Shown one piece after another: positions 37,833 through 50,000 of a DNA stretch of 64,000 nt (position 1 is its first letter; each line of letters starts with the position of its first letter). The notes under the pieces were generated by a model that was given only the letters and a program-made list of their open reading frames with translations, was not told where the DNA came from and searched no databases. This DNA comes from Trichoplax adhaerens. Its lineage: Eukaryota; Animalia; Placozoa. Location of the stretch: assembly GCF_000150275.1 (NCBI RefSeq), contig NW_002060944.1:7306756-7370755 (forward strand), read 5' to 3'. Position numbers and translations under genes: made by a program.

Positions 37833-40800
37833 TACACCATGTGTAATTGAATAGCAGCAATATTAAATTCACAAATGTCTACAACATTTGTGGCGTGAGA
37901 CTAAAGACATCTCCCATTTTGGTAAAGTTTACATTAGAAAAGCTGTTACTGCATCATGAAATGATGCAAGAGTGTCCTAAATCAAACACAGGAGTATTTA
38001 AACTCTCTAGACTTTGTATAAATTACTAAATACTATAACATATGATATTATACTACTTTGTTTGTACTGGAGCCTACGTACGGTATAAGTGTCTGCAATA
38101 TATTGTAAGCTAAAATTTGCGACATAAGGAAAAAACTCGATACTTATGCTTTAATCTGCAAGACTACTTCCTAGCCTTCAATAACTGGAATCTTTATGAA
38201 GTGCACACAAACACACATCACAGTATAACACGCAAAACGCTTTTGTTGATCATTATCCGGCTTATATACTTTATTAGCCGTTTTGATCATACTTACTACG
38301 TTATAAGGATATTTTTAATAAGAAAGGTGTTATTAAAAAGTTAAGCCATCACATATAGATATTTGAGGCAATAAACAATCTTATATATGAATTTATCTCG
38401 ATTATAATTATTTACGAGCTCTATCGCTTCAAGTACTTATTTGAGATATATTACTATTCTGTCACGGTATCATAAGGATTTGCTCCTAAAGTAGCATTTC
38501 ATACTTATAAGCAAGTTCAAAACAAAATGTTATCTTAAACTATAAATCCATAGCTAAGTTATTTTTATGACTGTGATAGAGAAATACCATGCCTCTGGCT
38601 GAATAGTACGCGTAGTTTGAATAATAAAATTATTGTTATATCCAAATTTCTGTCAGCTGGAAAAATATTGCAGATAAAAGAGGAAAGTATTATCAAGTAA
38701 ATGCTGTTTCAGTTTGTCATCAAGATCAATAAATCAAAACGATTCTGTTATTTATTTCCATTTGCAGAAGAGATCGTTTCATAAAACCAGCTTCCTAGAT
38801 TAGATTATTTGGCTAATGACTGATTTTAGTAAAGTTTTACCAAATTATTCAAACATTTCAGTCTATGTTGTTGTCAAGATTAAAAGACGAATTCCATTAA
38901 TTTTGATAAAAATTACATTGCAGCTAGCCCTTTTTCTAACTTTATAAGAATATCATGAAGGGAGTTGATTGTGGCTTCTTTTAGTTTCTTTCCTGTATAC
39001 CCACAGAATATTGTACTGAATAATATGCTACAAATCATTTTTACTGCGAGAAATAATGGAACATTCATTGTATTATTAACCCCACACATGCAGAGACTAT
39101 TTACAGCAAACTAATTATACGGCCTAGAATTAGAGTACCAGGGTGTTTGTTATAGTGCTATCTCACCGTGGAGAAGTTAGCGATGTTTAGTGATTTAGCT
39201 TTATTTAGATTACAAGATAGTTTTACTTTACACGTCTTGTGGTGTATGTAGTTGTGACTAATTCACATTAGATTGTATATTATAACTTGATGATTCTGTG
39301 AATAGGTATATTGTAATCTAACAGTCTTGTGTTAGTTATCTGAGATCTATATTCTTAAATATTATCGTATTAATTAGGTATTTAGATATGCATCTATTGC
39401 TTGATTTTATAGGCGCTATTGATACTAATTGTAACTTCTAGCTAGTGGTAAAGGTATGCGTATATAAGGTGAGCATTTTATATAATGAAGCTAGTTTTAA
39501 TTTTTAGTGCTTAACGTAATGTTAGAACGTACAAAACACTGAGAATCTGTAGAATTAGGAATTAGTGTCCCTAATTGGTTCTTAAACGGATTTTAGTAAC
39601 CTAATACGTAATTCAGGGAGAAGATTTGTAGGATTAGCTTTATCTTTATCTCATTACAGAGCTGGTTTGTGATGGTGTTATACATGATATCCGATAGCTT
39701 ATGCCAGGATAAAGTTAATACAAACTAAAAAGAATTATTCTACGGTCGAGAAGGACTGAATGAGTATTCAGTCCTAGTATGGACTTTCATACCTAGCGAG
39801 TTCATTTAGAAGAATGAATTTCAAAGTAGATTCGGATTATCAATTATTTCATATGGATATGCACATACTGCATAAAGAGCTACAATCAGCTCATCATAAG
39901 GTAGTTACTATAGATTAATTACTTCATGACTTTACTTAATATAAGCATTGCAGTAATAATAGTAAATCCGATGTTTTGCCCGGAAGATCCTTAACAATTG
40001 TAAAATGTTGAACCCCTGGCTCGAATTTTACTGATAAGGAAATAGAAATCGCTTTGACGTCTTACAAATCAATAAGAGGACTCATCGGCCAAGATCGTGT
40101 CCTGATAAAGCTAGGTTTTATTGAGGGTTCGGAAGGCATACAGATGTAAAAAGGACTAAAGGAGCATCAAATAGCTTAAAAGTACATAAAGACTAAAATA
40201 TCGAAATTACCCAGTTTATTGGGCACTCATACAGCTGCTTACAAACAAAATAAAAGTACATTGGCAGATATATAAGCCGACCATTCCTGCCATAAAAATG
40301 GTTCTAGTTTAGACTGCACTACTGTACATAGAAGCGCAGTAGGTAGCAGTTCTTAGGTTACGTAAGTGGACGTAATTTAAACTGACTAAACTAATACTAA
40401 ATTGAGAAGAATGAATACGTCCTAATATGTGACTATCGCCCTAAAGGAATGAATCAAAAATCGTACCTAAGGTAACTGTATATAAAAGCTCTTTGATAGC
40501 AAGTTATACATTACGTATTTCAGTAGGAAAAGAATAGGATAATGACTTTGACAACGCCCTGGGCCTTTGATTATATTACATTTAGAATATGGAGAGTAGA
40601 CTCCCGCACAGATCCAAAATTTCAATGTCTTAATGCAAGAAGGCGATTGTCAGTTGTCCATCATGGCTCTGCACGATATCACATCTAAACACACCTGTAA
40701 AGTAATTAAGACTACAAGTCTAGACATAGAAGAAAAAAGTTATTAAACTAAACGAATATTAGAATGTCTTAATACAATAATGCTTCTTGGATAATTATAC

Positions 40801-41067
40801 AGCTCTGTTTATAGCTAATAATATTTTTAGCGAAAGCAACAATCCAACGGTCGCTTCGATTCATCCCACGGCTGCTATTTATTGACTGCATAATTGCTGT
40901 ATCTGAAGACTACTGGAAACGAGCTCGAAAAGCAAAGTAGTTTAATTACTGATTTAGATCTTTATCAAAGTATGATGTATTAATGAAGATGATAAAAGAC
41001 CTAGTTAGTTTTGTTTTACTAATCTCTTAATTTTAGGAAAGCTCTGATCAAATTATGCTAATTGGAA

Positions 41068-44000
41068 ATGGAGAAAAGTATTTCAACTAGAGTCTCATCG
41101 TCATTGCTTTGGCTACTGATTTACTCGCTCTTGATAACCTCATTTCAGTATAGTAAAACGCTAGGTAAGATCTAAAATTTTAAAATACTTATTAGAAATT
41201 ATCAAAAACCTTAATCATGATATAATCAAGTAACTACACTGAAAAAGATTGTAAGTACAAATAAATAAATTTTAGTCATCATCTACGTTATATCTGCAGC
41301 TAAAGTTTGCAAAGCTAATCCCCATTAATCTTAGTCGTAAAAATTAATTTTTAAAGATTATTTTAATACCAAATTCTAAACATAAGCTATAATTAAATTA
41401 ATGATTAGTCGTTTACTATGGTTAAGAGCGTACTTAGATGTAATCAATTTTAAATTGTTGCTTCTTTGACTACCTTATTTATGTTGGCTGTCATCAGGCG
41501 ATATCTTAAATTCGAATGAAGTTCACAGTGAATTGGTTATTCAATCAAATGAAAACGCCGATGGTTAGTATGATAGTAAATCAAATATTCCTCTACCATT
41601 TATTTACGTTATATGTACATGTCAATGTACTATACGTACAGTCGATTTAATTTTTGAAAGGTTAGAAATACGAAAGATTTGATTCTCATTTGTAAGATTA
41701 AACTCGATTTGAAATATTGTGCTGTGTTACTGTAAGTTTCAATCAAGTCGAATGCGTCTTTCTAATTTTATTCCTGATCAATCACATAACCGCCTTTCAT
41801 TTCAACCATTATGCAATTGATAGCTTTTATCTAGCAGCTTATGCTACTCTGAAGCATTAAATAGAAACTGTATGATTTTATTACTCAAATATCCTTCCTT
41901 ATTAACTGCCGTTTGCTCAATTATAAATATTTTACTCGTAGTTAATAAAGCCTGAAGGGACCAAATATTTAGTGCTATTTGTATTACTTCTACTAGCGTT
42001 GATTTAAACATTTTCTTGTTTATTTAGATTTTCTAAACGATTTTAGAAGATCATACTGTATTGATCTGATGAAACTCGCTATTAATCTCTGTATCCTATA
42101 GACTAACTCCTTTATTACAATTGTTATACTTGTATAGTATCAGAATACCGATTAGTATCATCCTCATTAGCGGACGAAAAGCAGACAATTACGAATGTTA
42201 TATCATTAACAGGTTAGATATTATGTTCATATATGAGATTATATCGAATATTGACTATATGCTGTTACGACTAAATGTGGTATACTGTATGCGCGTATAC
42301 TCTAAGTATATTGAGAGTTTGACGTAGAAAGTACGATAAATTAAGCTACACGTGATCAATACACGCATATATCTTAATTAGTATACAGTATACTGTAGTG
42401 AATATGATAATATTAAACCGTTCAGTGACATCCTATGAAAGTTATCGACCATCTTATTTATTTTAAGATGCACTGGCATCGACAATAGTACCTGCAATTC
42501 ATAGGGTTAATACTGTAATTACAGCCAGTCATCAAGTTAATATATCCGTATCGATTGAAGATAAACCAGCAATACTGTATAATCATTGAAGGAAAGACAA
42601 TGAGCGCGAGCATAATATCATCAATAAGTTACTAGACATCGTGAAAAGTGATATATTTATTGTAGTACATAAGGGATTTTAAATATAAAATAACACAAAT
42701 CAATTTCTTGCATAGTTAGTATTTTTAATTCATAAAACATATTTATAAATACGGATATTCCTTTATAGAACATGGCGATATCGAATTATCTACCCAAACT
42801 CTGTCAACATTATCATCGAACAATGATATTATTACAAGTGCCACTACCTATAGTAGCTTCCAACTGCAAATAGGCGATGTAAATACCCAATCATCCAATG
42901 ATATACCATCTTTATTACAAGATGTAAAGGCATCGTCAGTAATATCGTTAGAGATAGATAGTCGAATTATAACAGAAATAATTACAGTAAATCAACAAGT
43001 TAGTACATTTGCAACGTCGAAAAATCACTTAAAATCATCATCATTGGAAAACACTCTAATAAGTACGACTGCAACGTTAACAGGTTAGAGGTTGTACTCA
43101 TACATAATATTAATACATGGATATTAAATACGTACTGAAGTGAATAGAAATTAATAGTTGATACCTAAGCATATCGTAAATGTTTGTTAAAAAAGTGAGT
43201 TAGCATTTATAAATAATGCTGCGTAAAGATATAAAAAATATGAAAATATTTATACTTACGTATACTATTTAACTTTCAGACTATGATACTATTGAAAAAT
43301 CTAGCGATATTCTGTCGACGCTATCGCCGAACATTATTACAAGCTCGCCTATCTACGATAGTCTCCAGTCGCAAACAAGCTATGTATCTGCTTACTCAGT
43401 CGATACTAGTGTTAGTCGTATAATATCTTTATTACAAGATATACTTACGTCGACAATAACGTTAACAGAGATAGAAAGTCAAAGTGCGACGTCGTTAGTT
43501 ATATCAAGTCAACAAGTAAGTACTCTTATAACGTCGAAAGATCTCTTAGAGTCATCATTACTAGAGAATAGACAAGAAACTACATCTATGTTATCGTCGA
43601 CAGGTTAGAGATTATACTACATGCATATCAGAATGTATAGACGCTGTAACGCGTGTATAAATAGTTATAGCTAACTTAAAATAGATATATACGATTAACG
43701 TAGTATTACAGAAATATAATAATAATACGCGTTTTCTACGTATATCGTAATATACTCTATAGCTTACGACGACGAAGAAGATAATACGGAAACGTCTAAC
43801 GATATTCTATCGACGCTATCGTCGAACATTATTACAAGCTCGCCTATCTACGATAGTCTCCAGTCGCAAACAAGCTATGTATCTGCTTACTCAGTCGATA
43901 CTAGTGTTAGTCGTATAATATCTTTATTACAAGATATACTTACGTCGACAATAACGTTAACAGAGATAGAAAGTCAAAGTGCGACGTCGTTAGTTATATC

Positions 44001-47000
44001 AAGTCAACAAGTAAGTACTCTTATAACGTCGAAAGATCTCTTAGAGTCATCATTACTAGAGAATAGACAAGAAACTACATCTATGTTATCGTCGACAGGT
44101 TAGAGATTATACTAAATACTATCAGAGTGTATAGACGCTGTAACGTGTGTATAAATAGCTATAGCTAACTTAAAATAGATATATACGATTAACGTAGTAT
44201 TACAGAAATATAATAATAATACGCGTTTTCTACGTATATCGTAATATACTCTATAGCTTACGACGACGAAGAAGATAATACTGAAACATCTAACGATATT
44301 CTATCGACGCTATCGTCGAACATTATTACAAGCTCGCCTATCTACGATAGTCTCCAGTCGCAAACAAGCTATGTATCTGCTTACTCAGTCGATACTAGTG
44401 TTAGTCGTATAATATCTTTATTACAAGATATACTTACGTCGACAATAACGTTAACAGAGATAGAAAGTCAAAGTGCGACGTCGTTAGTTATATCAAGTCA
44501 ACAAGTAAGTACTCTTATAACGTCGAAAGATCTCTTAGAGTCATCATTACTAGAGAATAGACAAGAAACTATATCTATGTTATCGTCGACAGGTTAGCGA
44601 TTATACTAAATACATATTAGAATGTATAGACGCTGTAACGTGTGTATAAATAGCTATAGCTAACTTAAAATAGATATATACGATTAACGTAGTATTACAG
44701 AAATATAATAATAATACGCATTTTCTACGTATATCGTAATATACTCTATAGCTTACGACGACGAAGAAGATAATACTGAAACATTTAACGATATTCTATC
44801 GACGCTATCGCCGAACATTATTACAAGCTCACCTATCTACGATAGTCTCCAATCGCAAATAAGCTATGTATCTGCTTACTCAGTCGATACTAGTGTTAGT
44901 CGTATAATAACGTTAACAGAGATAGAAAGTCAAAGTGCGACGTCGTTAGCTATATCAAGTCAACAAGTAAGCACTCTTATAACGTCGAAAGATCTCTTGG
45001 AGTCATCATTACTAGAGAATAGACAAGAAACTACATCTATGTTATCGTCGACAGGTTAGAGATTATACTAAATACATATTAGAATGTATAGACGCTGTAA
45101 CGTGTGTATAAATAGCTATATAGATATATACGATTAACGTAGTATTACAGAAATATAATAATAATACGCGTTTTCTACGTATATCGTAATATACTCTATA
45201 GCTTACGACGACGAAGAAGATAATACTGAAACATTTAACGATATTCTATCGACGCTATCGTCGAACATTATTACAAGCTCGCCTATCTACGATAGTCTCC
45301 AGTCGCAAACAAGCTATGTATCTGCTTACTCAGTCGATACTAGTGTTAGTCGTATAATATCTTTATTACAAGATATACTTACGTCGACAATAACGTTAAC
45401 AGAGATAGAAAATCAAAGTGCGACGTCGTTAGTTATATCAAGTCAACAAGTAAGTACTCTTATAACGTCGAAAGATCTCTTAGAGTCATCATTACTAGAG
45501 AATAGACAAGAAACTACATCTATGTTATCGTCGACAGGTTAGAGATTATACTAAATACTTATCAGAATGTAAAGACGCTGTAACGTGTGTATAAATAGCT
45601 ATAGCTAACTTAAAATAGATATATACGATTAACGTAGTATTACAGAAATATAATAATAATACGCGTTTTCTACGTATATCGTAATATACTCTATAGCTTA
45701 CGACGACGAAGAAGATAATACTGAAACATCTAACGATATTCTATCGACGCTATCGCCGAACATTATTACAAGCTCGCCTATCTACGATAGTCTCCAGTCG
45801 CAAACAAGCTATGTATCTGCTTACTCAGTCGATACTAGTGTTAGTCGTATAATCTCTTTATTACAAGATATACTTACGTCGACAATAACGTTAACAGAGA
45901 TAGAAAATCAAAGTGCGACGTCGTTAGTTATATCAAGTCAACAAGTAAGTACTCTTATAACGTCGAAAGATCTCTTAGAGTCATCATTACTAGAGAATAG
46001 ACAAGAAACTACATCTATGTTATCGTCGACAGGTTAGAGATTATACTAAATACTTATCAGAATGTATAGACGCTGTAACGTGTGTATAAATAGCTATAGC
46101 TAACTTAAAATAGATATATACGATTAACGTAGTATTACAGAAATATAATAATAATACGCGTTTTCTACGTATATCGTAATATACTCTATAGCTTACGACG
46201 ACGAAGAAGATAATACTGAAACATTTAACGATATTCTATCGACGCTATCGCCGAACATTATTACAAGCTCGCCTATCTACGATAGTCTCCAGTCGCAAAC
46301 AAGCTATGTATCTGCTTACTCAGTCGATACTAGTGTTAGTCGTATAATCTCTTTATTACAAGATATACTTACGTCGACAATAACGTTAACAGAGATAGAA
46401 AATCAAAGTGCGACGTCGTTAGTTATATCAAGTCAACAACTTAGTACGCTTGTGACATCGGAAGATCAATCAGTATTATCATTTCAAGAAAGACCATACT
46501 CATCAGGTTTGAATTTACCGTAAGATGTTTATATTGCTATTAAACTAAGTTTTTACGCTTAATTGTTAGAAAATATATAAGAAATTTTTCTGCATGCATA
46601 TTTTTGTTGCTCTTTAGGATATTATAAGATGTCAGTACTATAAAAGTAAATAAGTAGAAATTACCTTATAGCAATGCTCATTTCTAAGCGTTTTTCTAAT
46701 AAAATTAATCACAAATAGCTTTTTAGGAAATATTTCTTAGTCAATAATAACACTATGGTTTAATACTATTGATTGTATATTTAATTTTAGAGATTACTGG
46801 ATTTTCCGAAAAAACTCTACCTCCATCGTTATCAACGATCAATATTATTGAAAGCTCTATTGTTTTCAAAGATTTTCAAGTTAAAAGTGGTAACGTTAGC
46901 TTATTAACACCATCGACTAGCGTACTATCATCATTATTGCAAGATACGAAGACATTGGTATTTACTCCAACATCAGACATATTCCATTACTCAGACACTA

Positions 47001-50000
47001 GTAGCAGTTTCCTTGTTGCTGATTCTTCAATGACTTCGATACCAATTGCTACCTATTCTTTATATTCTAGTAGAAATAGTCCATCTAGCGAATTGCGGAG
47101 CTCGATTCAATCTTCTACAGATAGCATTTTGGCTACTTCAATTCAACAATCCATGCTTACCATGATTTCGTCATCGACTCGTATATCCTCATATTTATTT
47201 TCAGATGTTAGCAGTCTGATGAAATACCCGAATTCGGTAAAACTTGATCAAGTTATCACTTTTTCTACCCCGCAATCTGAATTTTCCACTGTATCGGAAA
47301 TGTATACCACTTCGACAGGGCTCAGCCTTGATAGTAGTTTTGCTTTTTCCCTACTTCAATCTGAGTATTCGATTGTATCATCATCTTATTTATCAATATT
47401 TAGCAGTAAAACAGGATTACTAAGCTCCATCTATTCTTCTGCGCTAATAACTCCCGACATCTTTTCGACTACTCCAATCCAAAGATCAGAGCTGAAGCTT
47501 ACCTCGACACTAACTTTAGATAGCTTGATCAAATCTTCGATTGAGCCACCCCATGATATTGTTTCTACCACTCCAGAATTTTCCATTTCGACTACTTCTA
47601 TATATTATCCTACAAGATTTAATAAGAGTTCATCTTTCATCGATCTGCTAATCTCTGCAAAGCCTTCTTTATCATCAGATTTAGTTACGTCGATTTCATT
47701 GTCAGAGTATTCAATCATTTCTCTATCAATTAATCAAAGTTTATCACATTCATACGATTTTATTTCCAATACCTTTTTATCCAGTATGCCATTGGCAATT
47801 TCATCACCATCCTTTTCTAAATATTCGATGACACTCTCAAGTTTAGGTATTGTATCAGTAGTTTGACTGTAGAGTCTACAGTAGATGTAAAATACAACTC
47901 TTTAAATCGTGTGAAATCATTGAATGCACTCATGTATTATACTCAAATTTGACTGATTCTCTCATATATGACGTAGCTACAGACTTGGTATCCTTTCATT
48001 CAAATATCATCTCTTCTGAAGGATCCATTACCGTTATTTCCACAAGTATTGAGACAAGTTATCCTTCTACTACCTATGTGGTACATCCAATACTATTGGA
48101 ATCAACAACTATTGCACCGTCGACTACTTCAGAAGGTAAACAATAGTGATTCTAACTCTATACGACAATATTCGCTTATATTGTATCTCTTTCATGAGAA
48201 AATGAGCTGTGCATTGACCTCATACTAATCCTACCTCTATAACTTCAGTAACCTCCTCAAGGCTACCTGATATCTACGATTGTTCGATAAATACCAATTT
48301 ATGCCATTCTAAAGCAGACTGTATTAATACTTCTGGATTATACAATTGCTTATGCCGTTCGGGATTTACAGGAAATGGAACTTATTGCGCAGGTGATTTA
48401 GCTATTATATCTACAACGTTGCAGATTTTAGTTCTACGTATTTGTTACACTGCTCTATTCTTACAGAATGATTCTCATATTACAAATCGCTACGGCATCA
48501 TTTTACATTAGATATAGACGAATGTGCAAAAAACCAACATGAATGTCCTAATAGATCTGTATGCATTAATAACATTGGATCTTACCAATGCCAATGCATG
48601 AGCGGATTTTCGGGTAACGGCACGCTTTGCGAAGGTAAAAATATTGCATATTGTCTCCTATTTCTTGCTACTCAAACGATTGATTATTAGTATGACTCTC
48701 AGATAAACTAACATCACTACTCTACATTAGATATAGATGAATGCACAATGAACCAATATCGATGTCATAATAAATCTATGTGTATTAATATCATTGGATC
48801 TTATCAATGCCAATGCATAAAGGGATTTTCGGGCAACGGCACATTTTGTGAAGGTAAAAACATATTATCTTATATTATTAATTTGCTTACTATGCTAATA
48901 ATTGATTGTTAATATGATTTTTGGACGAAAAATTTACATTATTCAATATTAGATATAAATGAATGCGTGATAAATGAAGATAGATGTCATAATAGATCTA
49001 TATGTATAAATAACATTGGATCTTATCAGTGTCAATGCATAAACGGATTTTCGGGTAACGGCACATTTTGTGACGGTAAGGTTTTATCATACTCCATTAA
49101 TTTACTTATTTATATGATCGAAAATAAACTTAATTCTTATACGATCGATACTATTCTATATCAGATAAAGATGAATGTGCATTAAACCAACATGGGTGTC
49201 ATAATAGATCTATATGTATTAATACCATTGGATCTTACCAATGCCAATGTATGAATGGATTTTCGGGTAACGGCACGCTTTGTGAAGGTAAAGATATAGT
49301 ATCTTTTGTTAATTTGTCCTCTACTCAGATAATCGACTTTTAATGTGAATTACAGGTAAACTAACATTACTCTTTTACATCAGATATAGATGAATGCGCA
49401 ATAAACCAACATGAATGCCATAATAGATCTATATGTATAAATAACATTGGATCTTATCAATGCCAATGCATAAACGGATTTTCGGATAACGGCACGTTTT
49501 GTGAAGGTAAAAATATATTGTTTTTTATTAATTTGCCCGTTATTCGAATAATTAATTTTTAATATGATTCTCAGATAGTCTAACATTACTAATCTACATT
49601 AGACATAGACGAATGTGCATTAAACCAACATGGATGTCATAATAAATCTATATGTATAAATAACATTGGATCTTATCAATGTCAATGCATAAACGGATTT
49701 TCGGGTAATGGCACATTTTGTGAAGGTAAGGTTTTGTTATACTCTACTGATTTACTCATTTATTCAAATGATCGGAAGTAAACTTGGTTCTAAGATGAAT
49801 TACCGATACTATTCTACATTAGATATAGACGAATGTCTGGCTAATGAACATAGATGTCATAATAGATCTATATGTATTAATAACATTGGATCCTATCAAT
49901 GCCAGTGCATAAACGGATTTTCGGGTAACGGCACGCTTTGTGAAGGTAAAATGTGTTTATCTTTTATTAATTTGCTTATTATTCTAATAAGCGATTATTT

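Noticed and set aside
37211-37872. ORFs made mostly of X
   Set aside because: Artefacts of the N gap at 37358-37832.
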